From positions 324,956 to 388,955 of the forward strand of contig LDXR01000002.1 of assembly GCA_001443495.1 (NCBI GenBank): a stretch of 64,000 bases of DNA. The letters are read 5' to 3'. Source of the stretch: a candidate division NC10 bacterium CSP1-5. Its GTDB lineage: Bacteria; Methylomirabilota; Methylomirabilia; Methylomirabilales; CSP1-5. Below are positions 9,014-17,897 of this stretch, piece after piece. Below the pieces are notes generated by a model. The model was given only the letters and a program-made list of their open reading frames with translations, was not told the DNA's origin and did not search any database. The position numbers were made by a program, and so were the translations under genes. Within the stretch, counting starts at the first letter, position 1. Every line of letters starts with the position of its first letter.

Positions 9014-10654
9014 ATGGCCTCAGCCATCCGGATCAAGGGGGGCCGCGTCTATGACCCGCTCCACGGTCTCAACGGAGTGGTCAAGGACCTCTGCGTTGAA
9101 GACGGCAAGATCGTCCAAGAGTGCCACGGGGCGGCCGAGGTCATTGACGCCACGAACCTGGTGATCCTGCCTGGTGGCGTCGACATCCACACCCACATCG
9201 CGTCTCCGGCGGTGAATGCGGCCCGGGGGCTCAGACCCGAGGATCACCGGCTCCTGTGCTGTCCCCGCAAGCCAGGCCTGCGATCGGGGGTCGGCTTCAC
9301 GGTTCCCTCCACCTTCACCACCGGATACCTCTATGCCCAGCTCGGGTATACGACAGTCATGGAGGCGGCGACGCCTCCCATCGGGACCCGGCACACCCAT
9401 GAGGAGCTGAACGACATCCCGATGGTGGACAAGGGGTGTTATCTCCTGATGGGGAACAACGAGTTCATCCTGCAATACCTCAAGTCGGGCGACCTGGAGA
9501 AGATCAAGCGGTATGTGGCGTGGCTCCTCCATTCCCTCAAGGGGTTCGGACTCAAGCTCGTCAATCCCGGGGGCGTCGAGCAATGGAAATATGGGAAGGA
9601 TGTCGAGGGCCTGGATGAGAAGGTGAATCATTTCGATGTGACGCCGCGCCAGATCCTGCAGGCCCTGACCTGGGTGAACGAGGAGCTCGGCCTCCCGCAT
9701 TCGATCCACATCCACGCGAACCGGCTCGGGGTCCCCGGCAATTACCAGGTCACGCTCGAGACGATGCGGGCCTTGGAGGGAAAGCGGGTCCACATGGCCC
9801 ATGTGCAGTTCCATAGCTACGGGGGAGAGGATTATGTGAGCTTTACCTCGAAGGCCAAGGAGATGGCCGACTATATCAACGGCCACCCCAACGTGACGGT
9901 GGATGTGGGGCAGGTGGTTTTTGGGGACGCCACGACCATTACCGCGGATGGGCCGTGGCAGTACCGTCTCCACAAGCTCACCAAGAACAAGTGGTACAAT
10001 CTCGATGTGGAGGTTGAGACCGGCTCTGGGATCGTGCCGTATACCTATCGCGAGAAGAATTACGTCAACGCCCTGCAATGGGCCATCGGCCTCGAGACCT
10101 TCCTCCTGATCAAGGATCCCTGGCGCGTCTTTCTCTCCACGGACCATCCGAACGGCGGCCCTTTCCTCTATTATCCCTGGATCATCAAGCTCCTGATGGA
10201 TGCCGAATTTCGGTCCCAGATGCTCAAGCGGGTCCATAAGCGGGTCCTGAGCCATACGATGCTTCCACACCTCTCCCGAGAGTATTCCCTGTACGAGATC
10301 GCCATCATCACCCGGGCCGGTCCTGCCCGGGCCCTCGGGTTGCGAAACAAGGGGCATCTCGGCCCCGGGGCGGATGCCGACATCGCCATCTATGTCGATG
10401 CCAAGGACAAAGAGGAGATGTTCGAGCGTGCAGCCTACGTCCTCAAGGATGGAAAGATCGTCGTCCGCGACGGCGAGGTGGTGGAGTCCTGCCCGGGCCG
10501 GACTATCTTCGCTGAGGTCCCCGGGGACGACGACCTCCTGACCGAGCTCCGCGACAAGTTCGAGAAGTACTACACCGTGGAGATCGGGAACTTCCCGATC
10601 CCTCTAGAGGATCTTCCTTTCCACCAAGCGGTCCCCACGGGCCGCCCTGTGTAA
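9014..10654 (+). CDS. fhcA: formylmethanofuran dehydrogenase subunit A (amidohydrolase fold)
   Basis: 546 aa with the amidohydrolase HxH motif (GGVDIHTHI). Typical FwdA/FhcA length and position. Confidence 0.9.
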   Translation: MASAIRIKGGRVYDPLHGLNGVVKDLCVEDGKIVQECHGAAEVIDATNLVILPGGVDIHTHIASPAVNAARGLRPEDHRLLCCPRKPGLRSGVGFTVPSTFTTGYLYAQLGYTTVMEAATPPIGTRHTHEELNDIPMVDKGCYLLMGNNEFILQYLKSGDLEKIKRYVAWLLHSLKGFGLKLVNPGGVEQWKYGKDVEGLDEKVNHFDVTPRQILQALTWVNEELGLPHSIHIHANRLGVPGNYQVTLETMRALEGKRVHMAHVQFHSYGGEDYVSFTSKAKEMADYINGHPNVTVDVGQVVFGDATTITADGPWQYRLHKLTKNKWYNLDVEVETGSGIVPYTYREKNYVNALQWAIGLETFLLIKDPWRVFLSTDHPNGGPFLYYPWIIKLLMDAEFRSQMLKRVHKRVLSHTMLPHLSREYSLYEIAIITRAGPARALGLRNKGHLGPGADADIAIYVDAKDKEEMFERAAYVLKDGKIVVRDGEVVESCPGRTIFAEVPGDDDLLTELRDKFEKYYTVEIGNFPIPLEDLPFHQAVPTGRPV

Positions 10655-10681
10655 TACAGATTCGTCCCGAAAGGGTGCGAC

Positions 10682-11590
10682 ATGGAGCTGAACGGCGTTC
10701 CCATCGAAGACACGTATGCCGAGGCCTTCTCGGCTATCGGGGCCCGGCTCCTCATCACGGCCGAGAATGAGCGCTGGGCCCGGGAGGCGGCGGCGAGCTT
10801 CACCGGCTTTGCCACCTCGGTGATCGGGTCCGGCTGTGAGGCAGGAGTCGAGGGGGTCGCCAGTGAGACCCCGGACGGCCGGCCGGGCGTCACGGTCCTG
10901 ATCTTCGCCATGTCGAAGAAGGGCCTGCACGAGCAGCTGATCAAGCGGATCGGTCAGTCGGTGATGACCTGTCCGAGCACCGCCTGCTACAACGCCCTGG
11001 CCGGAGAGTCGTGGGTCTCCGTCGGCGGCAAGCTCCGCTTCTTCGGGGACGGCTTTCAATCCAGTAAGCTGCTGGATGGAGTCTTCAATCCACCCGTCGG
11101 GCGCGCCCGGCGGTTCTGGCGGATCCCCGTGATGGATGGGGAGTTCGTGGTGGAGGACCGATTCGGCATGGTCAAAGGGGTCGCGGGAGGGAACTTTTTG
11201 CTCCTCGGGGAGGAACCGCAGGCCGTACTGCAGGCTGCCGAGCTTGCCGTAGGGGCGATGCGTCAGGTCCCCGGAGTCATCCTCCCCTTCCCGGGCGGGG
11301 TCGTTCGGAGCGGGAGCAAAGTCGGATCGCAGTATAAATTCTTGACGGCATCAACCAATACCGCCTATTGCCCGACGATTCGGCGGCAGGTCGAGAGCGT
11401 CCTCCCGGACGAGGTGAGGGCCGTGCTGGAGATCGTCATCGACGGCCTGACGCCCGATGGAGTGGCTGAAGCGATGCGGGTGGGGATCCGCGCCGCATGT
11501 CGTCCCGGCATTAAGGGAATCTCGGCTGGCAATTACGGTGGCAAACTGGGGAAATATCACTTTCGCCTCCACGAGGTCTTGAGGAGCTAA
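10682..11590 (+). CDS. fhcD: formylmethanofuran--tetrahydromethanopterin N-formyltransferase (Ftr)
   Basis: 302 aa. The N-terminus MELNGVPIEDTYAEAFS...RLLITA matches the Ftr family pattern. Confidence 0.9.
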   Translation: MELNGVPIEDTYAEAFSAIGARLLITAENERWAREAAASFTGFATSVIGSGCEAGVEGVASETPDGRPGVTVLIFAMSKKGLHEQLIKRIGQSVMTCPSTACYNALAGESWVSVGGKLRFFGDGFQSSKLLDGVFNPPVGRARRFWRIPVMDGEFVVEDRFGMVKGVAGGNFLLLGEEPQAVLQAAELAVGAMRQVPGVILPFPGGVVRSGSKVGSQYKFLTASTNTAYCPTIRRQVESVLPDEVRAVLEIVIDGLTPDGVAEAMRVGIRAACRPGIKGISAGNYGGKLGKYHFRLHEVLRS

Positions 11591-11605
11591 CGCCCGGGTA
11601 CGCTC

Positions 11606-12421
11606 ATGGGAGAGATCATCCTCACCTTCAAAGGGATGGGCGGGTCGACGGTTCCGCTCGAGGCCGATCCCATTACGCCGGATCTGCTCCAGCTCAAGGT
11701 CCGGGCGGAGATCGAGCGACTGCCGCTCTACCACGGGAACGAGCAGTTGCTGCTCGGCGACTTCTTCTCCGTCAAGGGAGAGCGGTCGAACCAGATCCGC
11801 CTCCGGGGGGATTTGTCCCAGGTCAAGAACATCGGGGTCGGGATGCAGACCGGGCGCATCGTGATCGAGAGCAGTATCGGGATGCACGTCGGGGCCCGGA
11901 TGACCGGAGGCGAGATCCAGGTTCACGGAAATGCGGGTGACTGGGCAGGGGCGGAGATGACCGGTGGCCTCCTCTGGATCAATGGAAGCGCGGGTAACCG
12001 GGCCGGCTCGGCCTATCGCGGCAGCAAGTACGGGATGCGGGGTGGGGTGATCCTGATCGAAGGGAGCGGTGGGCACGAGGTGGGGGGCTACATGCGCCGC
12101 GGACTGATCGTCGTTCGCGGGAATCTGGAGGATCACGCGGGCGCGCGGATGGTGGCGGGATCGATCTTCGTGTTTGGTCGGGTCGGTGGCCGAACCGGTG
12201 GCGGGATGAAACGGGGGAGCATCGTCTGCTTCAACCCGCTGGACGTCTTGCCTACCTTTCGCCTGACCTCCACCTACGCGCCGCTCTTTGTCACGATCTA
12301 TCTCCGGGCCCTCCGGAGCAGAGGGTTTTCGGTTCCAGAGATCGGCGGCGGACGCTTCGCCCGATACTGCGGAGACCTGGCCGAATCCGGCAAGGGGGAG
12401 ATCCTGGTGTGGCAGGGGTAG
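11606..12421 (+). CDS. fhcC: formylmethanofuran dehydrogenase subunit C
   Basis: 271 aa with repeated GxxGxxxG beta-helix motifs (VGARMTGGEI.V.GNAGDWAGAEMTGG...). Confidence 0.9.
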   Translation: MGEIILTFKGMGGSTVPLEADPITPDLLQLKVRAEIERLPLYHGNEQLLLGDFFSVKGERSNQIRLRGDLSQVKNIGVGMQTGRIVIESSIGMHVGARMTGGEIQVHGNAGDWAGAEMTGGLLWINGSAGNRAGSAYRGSKYGMRGGVILIEGSGGHEVGGYMRRGLIVVRGNLEDHAGARMVAGSIFVFGRVGGRTGGGMKRGSIVCFNPLDVLPTFRLTSTYAPLFVTIYLRALRSRGFSVPEIGGGRFARYCGDLAESGKGEILVWQG

Positions 12422-13377
12422 CGGGAACGGGACGGATCAGCGTGAATCGCCGTGCTGCCGCGTTCGTCGAGCAGCTCGCAGCCGATACGGCAGCGCTGGG
12501 GGTCGACGTGCATCGACTGGCGAATGGCACGCGCGTGGTGGACGCCGGCGTCCGCGCCCCCGGGGGTTTCGGGGCCGGAAAGGCCGTCGCCCTGATCTGT
12601 CTGGGCGGCCTCGGCGACGTCAGTTTTATCCCGTACGACCTCGGTGGGCTGACCATCCCGGCCGTGAGTGTGACGGTCGACCGGCCTGTGATCGGGTGCA
12701 TGGCGTCCCAATATGCGGGGTGGAAGATCAGCGTTGGGAAGTTCTTCGGCATGGGGTCGGGGCCGGCCCGCGCCATCGCGGTTGTGGAAAAGCTCTACGC
12801 CGAACTCGATTATCGGGACGAGGCCGACGAGGCGGTGCTGGTCCTCGAGACGGATGCGATGCCGACCGAAGAAGTGGCCGCCTACGTTGCGGGAAAATGC
12901 GGGCTTGCTCCGGAACGGCTCACCCTGGTCGTGGCCGCGACCACGAGCGTCGTGGGGGGCATTCAGATCGCCGCCCGATCGGTGGAGACGGCGATGCACA
13001 AGATGATGGAGCTGGGGTTCGACCTCCACAAGGTACAGGCGGGCTCCGGGGTGAGTCCTATCGCGACCCCGATCCGCGACACGCTACGGGCCATTGGCCG
13101 GACCAACGACTGTGTGCTGTACGGGGCGACCGCGGCGTTAGTCGTGGATGCAACCGATGACGAGGTCGAACAGATCCTGGACCGGATCCCTTCCTCTGCC
13201 TCTCGGGATTACGGTACCCCTTTTTACGAGCTCTTCAAGCGCTATGGGGACTTCTACAAGATCGACCCGATGCTGTTCAGCCCCGCGCGGGTGACGATTA
13301 CCAACGCGGCCACCGGGCGTACCTGGTCCGCTGGCCAGTTGAACCTCGAGCTGCTGCGGAGCTCCCTTGGCGCGTAG
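12409..13377 (+). CDS. mch: methenyltetrahydromethanopterin cyclohydrolase
   Basis: 322 aa with the Mch family pattern (SVN..A...V..L.....L.V......G..VVDAGV). GTG 12409 overlaps the fhcC stop; an alternative GTG is at 12442. Confidence 0.9.
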   Translation: MAGVAGTGRISVNRRAAAFVEQLAADTAALGVDVHRLANGTRVVDAGVRAPGGFGAGKAVALICLGGLGDVSFIPYDLGGLTIPAVSVTVDRPVIGCMASQYAGWKISVGKFFGMGSGPARAIAVVEKLYAELDYRDEADEAVLVLETDAMPTEEVAAYVAGKCGLAPERLTLVVAATTSVVGGIQIAARSVETAMHKMMELGFDLHKVQAGSGVSPIATPIRDTLRAIGRTNDCVLYGATAALVVDATDDEVEQILDRIPSSASRDYGTPFYELFKRYGDFYKIDPMLFSPARVTITNAATGRTWSAGQLNLELLRSSLGA

Positions 13378-13425
13378 GGCTGGACGCGCCCGCGGCCATC
13401 GCTCCCCTTTCCGGTTGCACCTCCG

Positions 13426-14298
13426 ATGCGGGTAGGCATCCTCGGACACAAGATGGGATGGCATATCTCGGTCCTGCAACGGGCCTTCGCCCGCCGCGGC
13501 GCGGCCGCGGACCACCTGTCGATCACGGCCATCACTGCTGGCGTTGGCATCGGGCGTTCCTTCGAAGCGGAAGGGCGGGTCCTCGAGGCGTACGAGGGGC
13601 TGCTGATTCGCATCATCCCTGACGGCTCCCTCGAGCAGATCATCTTTCGGATGGACGCGCTCCACTGTCTCGAGGCCAGGGGGATCACAGTCATGAACTC
13701 GCCGAAGGCGATTGAGAAGACGGTCGACAAGTTCTACACCTCGAGCCTCCTCGAACACTCCGGGGTCCCCACGCCCCGCACCGTGGTCACCGAGGACTTC
13801 GACGAGGCCATGGCCGCCTTTGAGAAATTCGGCGACGTGATCGTGAAGCCGCTCTTCGGCTCCGGGGGACGGGGGATGGTCCGGGTGAGCGATTGGGAGG
13901 TGGCCTACCGGACGTTCCGCGCCTTGGAAATGGGTCGGTACGTCTTCTATCTGCAGGAGTATGTGCCCCACGGCGATCACGATATCCGGGCCTTCGTCGT
14001 GGGCGACCGCGTGGTGGCCGCGATGATCCGGCGATCCACCGGGTGGCGGCACAACGTCGCCCGTGGCGCCCGGGTGGAGGCGTGCCAGCTCGACGGCGAG
14101 GCGGAGGAACTTTGTCTCCGCGCCTCGGCGCTCCTCCGCGTCGACTACGCGGGCGTGGATCTGCTCCGCACTTCCGACGGGCGTACCGTGGTCATCGAAG
14201 TGAACAGCATCCCCGGTTGGTCGGGCCTCCAGACCACCACCTCCACCGACATCGCGGACGCGATCGCCGGCCACCTGGTTGCCTCCCTTCGCCGTTGA
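13426..14298 (+). CDS. mptN: RimK-family ATP-grasp ligase (MptN-like tetrahydromethanopterin:glutamate ligase)
   Basis: 290 aa with a RimK-like ATP-grasp pattern (K.....L.....P.T........EA......G.VIVKPLFGSGGRG). Located in the C1 island. Confidence 0.78.
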   Translation: MRVGILGHKMGWHISVLQRAFARRGAAADHLSITAITAGVGIGRSFEAEGRVLEAYEGLLIRIIPDGSLEQIIFRMDALHCLEARGITVMNSPKAIEKTVDKFYTSSLLEHSGVPTPRTVVTEDFDEAMAAFEKFGDVIVKPLFGSGGRGMVRVSDWEVAYRTFRALEMGRYVFYLQEYVPHGDHDIRAFVVGDRVVAAMIRRSTGWRHNVARGARVEACQLDGEAEELCLRASALLRVDYAGVDLLRTSDGRTVVIEVNSIPGWSGLQTTTSTDIADAIAGHLVASLRR

Positions 14299-14305
14299 GC
14301 CTCAG

Positions 14306-15172
14306 ATGCGGGACCCGCGCGACGTTGCTCTCGCCGCCCAGCTCGCATGTCTCATTGAGGTGAGCACCCCGAAGCCCGGCAACGTCCATCCGCAGGCCGA
14401 CTTCGCCGACACCCGCTACGAGGATTTTGTGGCCAGCGCCCTCGCCATCGGAGATGCCATGGGTCAGGCCCACCGGATGGGCGTCGGGAAGATCGTCTGG
14501 GCGGCAGTGCGAGACACTCGGCGCCGGGTCGGGGTGAACACGAACCTCGGCCTAGTCCTGCTGCTGGCGCCACTCGCCAAGGCAGCGGTGATGCAGGGCG
14601 GGGGCGGCCTCCGGACGCGGCTCCGTCGGGTGCTCCAGGGGCTCACGGTTCAGGACGCCCGCGATGTCTACAGGGCCATCCGCCTGGCCAAGCCCGGAGG
14701 CCTCGGGACGGTCGATCGGTGGGACGTGCGGGAAACCCGGGTTGGGGTGAATCTCCTGACGGTGATGCGGGCGGCAGCCGACCGGGACACGGTGGCCCGA
14801 GAATACGCGACCGGCTTCGCGGTGAGCTTCGACGTCGGCCTGCCGTGCCTACAACGCTCCTTCGACGTGACCCGAGATCTCCGGGCCGCCACCCTCCAGA
14901 CCTACCTGACCATCCTCGCGACGGTTCCCGATAGCCTGATCGCCAGAAAAGCGGGGCCGCGGCAGGCCAGCGAGGTTTCACGGGAGGCCGCCCGGATCCT
15001 CAGCGCTGGCGGAGCCCAGACGGCGGCCGGCAGACGGTGGTTGGCGAGGTTCGACCGCCAGTTGCGCCGCCGACGGAATCTCCTCAATCCCGGGACGACC
15101 GCCGACCTCACGGGGGCGACCCTTTTCGTGGAGCTCCTTCGGAACGGGATCCGCCGCTTCCTTGGCCACTGA
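14306..15172 (+). CDS. triphosphoribosyl-dephospho-CoA synthase family protein (CitG-like, C1-island type)
   Basis: Contains the TPKPGNV motif and CitG-like helices. ATG 14306 is preferred over the ORF-track TTG 14279, which overlaps the upstream gene. Confidence 0.78.
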   Translation: MRDPRDVALAAQLACLIEVSTPKPGNVHPQADFADTRYEDFVASALAIGDAMGQAHRMGVGKIVWAAVRDTRRRVGVNTNLGLVLLLAPLAKAAVMQGGGGLRTRLRRVLQGLTVQDARDVYRAIRLAKPGGLGTVDRWDVRETRVGVNLLTVMRAAADRDTVAREYATGFAVSFDVGLPCLQRSFDVTRDLRAATLQTYLTILATVPDSLIARKAGPRQASEVSREAARILSAGGAQTAAGRRWLARFDRQLRRRRNLLNPGTTADLTGATLFVELLRNGIRRFLGH

Positions 15173-16127
15173 CCCCCTCGACCGTTGCCCCGTGGTTGTT
15201 CGCCCCGGCCGTGAAAGTCATGACCTTTCCTCTCCGCTCGAGCGCCTCTCGAAGACGTGCCTCAAGGCGCCATGCTATCTCCGCTCCGCCGACGAGGCCA
15301 TACACCGCCGGACCCCAAGAACTCTGGCCCCCTCCGGCTGCCCCCTCGGCCACCATCAGCGCCAGGATATCCTCAGCCATCGCGGTGGCGTAGGTCCCCC
15401 GCTGGATGGGAGCGAACCAGCGCCCGATGATGCGCTGGATCGCGGTGAGCGCCTGTCCGAAGGATCCCAGGTCTTTTTCGATCAGCGATGGCAGGAGCTG
15501 CATGAGAACCACGTGGCAGACGGCGGCGACCTCCTCCTGGGGGGGACTTGCCAGCTGACCAAATGCCTTCTCCTCCGCTGCACCATGCAGCGCCTCCCCG
15601 AGGTCCGGCACCACGACGACAAATCGCCACTCCTCAGGAAACGGGTGACGGAAGATGACCGTCGGGATGTCGCTGACCTTCCCTCCGCCGCTGTCGAGGA
15701 TAAAACCCCCGCGCGCAAAGGCAGTCACTCCGATCCCGGAACGCCTTCCCCGCCCGGTCAGACGGGCCAGCTCTGCAAGGGTGACGTCCAGCTTGAACAG
15801 GCGGGCGACCGCCGTCGCGACCGCGAGACTGAGTTGTGTCCCCGAGCCGAGCCCCACGTGCGCCGGGATCGTCTCGCGACAGTGAATTGAGACACCTTGA
15901 TCGAGGGCGAAATGTCTCAAGAGACGCCGAAGGAGAGGCTCTACCCGGCCGTCAAGGTCACCCTCGACGCTGACTGTCGGGGCGGTCCGCGCTTCGAGCA
16001 CAAGCTGGGGCGTATCGATCGCGACGCCGAGGCTGCCAAAGCGGCGCCCCAGAGACCCGTCGGGGTCGATGAATCCCAGGTGAAGTCTGGCTGGGGCAGT
16101 CACGACGACGCTAGCCATGGGACCCAC
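15108..16127 (-). CDS. mptG: beta-ribofuranosylaminobenzene 5'-phosphate synthase (GHMP-kinase fold)
   Basis: 339 aa. Shows APARLHLGF and IPAHVGLGSGTQLSLA motifs typical of MptG. GTG start at 16127. Confidence 0.85.
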   Translation of the reverse strand: MGPMASVVVTAPARLHLGFIDPDGSLGRRFGSLGVAIDTPQLVLEARTAPTVSVEGDLDGRVEPLLRRLLRHFALDQGVSIHCRETIPAHVGLGSGTQLSLAVATAVARLFKLDVTLAELARLTGRGRRSGIGVTAFARGGFILDSGGGKVSDIPTVIFRHPFPEEWRFVVVVPDLGEALHGAAEEKAFGQLASPPQEEVAAVCHVVLMQLLPSLIEKDLGSFGQALTAIQRIIGRWFAPIQRGTYATAMAEDILALMVAEGAAGGGQSSWGPAVYGLVGGAEIAWRLEARLREALERRGKVMTFTAGANNHGATVEGVSGQGSGGSRSEGAPRKGSPP

Positions 16128-16689
16128 TCACGTGTTCGGAAAGATACCTGAAGGCGGCGTGCTCTTGCTCCCCGCCCGTCTTGTCGACGATGAGGCGGAG
16201 CCGTTCGAACTCCTTCAACACGTGCTCCCGGCCCAGGAATCTTAGCCGCGTGGCAACGATGGCGGCCTCGATGACTGCGTTCTGGGCGCGGTTGAACCCG
16301 ATGAACTCGCGCAGGACACCCTTTTTGACCACGGCGCAGACGAAGCGTGCGCGCTCCCCTTCCTCCTGCAAGTCCCGGACGGTGCACTCATAGTACATGC
16401 AAGCGTCTTTGAGGACGAGGCCGTCAACGCGTTCAGCGGGGATCGCGGGAAACTGGGGCCGTCCCACTGCCCCCTCGGCAAACAGCAGGACGTTATCGGT
16501 CAAATTAATCACGGCCTGTCCTGTCGCGACAAGGTTCACGTACGTTGTGGTTTCCTTGTACGGGCGCAGGAGGATCGGTTCCCGGTCGAAGGTGACGCCC
16601 ATGGGGGCGAAGTTCGGGAGGCCGCTCTGGTCTTGCGTGATGACGATGCTCTCGACGATGAAGGGCACGACTCCCCCTTGGTCCCTCAA
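16111..16689 (-). CDS. DUF447 family protein (FMN-binding split-barrel-like, C1-island type)
   Basis: 192 aa. The pattern IVESIVITQD..G.PNFAPMGV matches DUF447 proteins of H4MPT gene islands. Start is TTG 16689 or GTG 16668. Confidence 0.75.
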   Translation of the reverse strand: MRDQGGVVPFIVESIVITQDQSGLPNFAPMGVTFDREPILLRPYKETTTYVNLVATGQAVINLTDNVLLFAEGAVGRPQFPAIPAERVDGLVLKDACMYYECTVRDLQEEGERARFVCAVVKKGVLREFIGFNRAQNAVIEAAIVATRLRFLGREHVLKEFERLRLIVDKTGGEQEHAAFRYLSEHVSGSHG

Positions 16690-16950
16690 TGCTTCCGGGT
16701 CACTGTGACGAAGCCACCGTCTGGAAGGCTGGCCGCCCCCACCACGAGCCGGGGTGCGGCCCCGGTGGCCGTTTCCACTTCCCCGCGGGCAACAATCCTA
16801 TCTCCTGGATCGGCCGCATTACAGTACAGCCCCTCGAACGAAACCAGGGTTTCCACATCGCTGGCAGCCGGGTGGGTGGAGGTAGCCGACGACACAGAAG
16901 ATCAACCCCTCGATCGTCTCAAGAAAGTCTCGGTCCTTCGGACGCCTCAT
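16686..16950 (-). other. two overlapping short coding-like ORFs (possible frameshifted small gene or gene remnant)
   Basis: ORF-1 runs 16950->16819 (43 aa, MRRPKDRDFLETIEGLIFCVVGYLHPP...). Its ATG overlaps the upstream stop as ATGA. ORF-2 runs 16895->16686 (69 aa) and its stop overlaps the DUF447 start. The frames switch near a CCCACCC run, and both show G/C-rich third positions. Confidence 0.3.
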
Positions 16951-17897
16951 ATCTCGATCCAGTCAAGAACCCGCTCTGTCGTGTCTCGAAGGCCCAGATG
17001 GTCCACGAGTCCCTGAAACTGACCCCCCGCGATCCCATCCGCAAGGATGGCCGCCCCGAGCGCTGCCTCGAATCCCTCCCCATCCTCCAAAGGGAGCTCC
17101 ATCGGATAACGCTTCTCGAGTCGCTCCATCACCGCTTCTTTCCGCCGGCCCGCCACGAGGATGCGCCGGAGGCCGTAATAGTTGAGAAAGAGGACGATCT
17201 CCTTCTCAAGCCCCTCCCAGAAGGCGTCGTGACCGTATTGGCCGAAGCGCGCTTCGATGTCGAGCGCCCCCCCACGGTACACCATCGCCTTGCTGAATGG
17301 GTACAGACACGCCAGCTCGCCATCGATCGCGCCCCGGGCCCTTGGCCCGAGATGTCCCGCCGTTCCGCCGAGACCGTCCACGACCCGGCCGCCGCGGACG
17401 ACAAGGATCGCCTTGAAGCCTTCCCCGACCTCCACGCTCAGGAAATCCTGGGTCTCCAGGGATTCGCCACGGGCCATCTGAAGGTGGAGCAGGCACGCCA
17501 CGGCGCACAGCTTATCAGCCGTGCCCATGTCGATCCGGTTCACCTTGCGATGGACCGGAACCGACCGTAACAACTTGACCGACGGGATGCAATAGGCGCG
17601 CAGGTCGCTTTCGCGCAGCCTGGAGAGGAACTGTCCCAGTCCTTTTTCGCTCGGATCACCTCGGCGGAGCGTCATCTCGAACAGGTCCCGGTCATCCACC
17701 TCCTGAATGCGCCTCAGGGGGATCCCGAAGCCGGAGGGGAGAACTATCGGGAGATGGGGGTATGTTCGGGTTGTCTCCTCAAGCATGGGGTACAGCTCGG
17801 CGGGATCAGGAAACCACTTCAGGGCAAGGACCCGGGGGCCCTCGATGAGGGCGAATTTCCACGAGCCGGTCCCATAATCAATCCCCAGGGAGGCCAT
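16947..17897 (-). CDS. actin/ASKHA-fold ATPase-like protein (DUF1464-like)
   Basis: 316 aa. The N-terminal LGIDYGTGSWK phosphate-1-like motif and overall pattern recall DUF1464 / butyrate-kinase-like proteins of methanogens. The family call is from memory. Confidence 0.55.
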   Translation of the reverse strand: MASLGIDYGTGSWKFALIEGPRVLALKWFPDPAELYPMLEETTRTYPHLPIVLPSGFGIPLRRIQEVDDRDLFEMTLRRGDPSEKGLGQFLSRLRESDLRAYCIPSVKLLRSVPVHRKVNRIDMGTADKLCAVACLLHLQMARGESLETQDFLSVEVGEGFKAILVVRGGRVVDGLGGTAGHLGPRARGAIDGELACLYPFSKAMVYRGGALDIEARFGQYGHDAFWEGLEKEIVLFLNYYGLRRILVAGRRKEAVMERLEKRYPMELPLEDGEGFEAALGAAILADGIAGGQFQGLVDHLGLRDTTERVLDWIEI

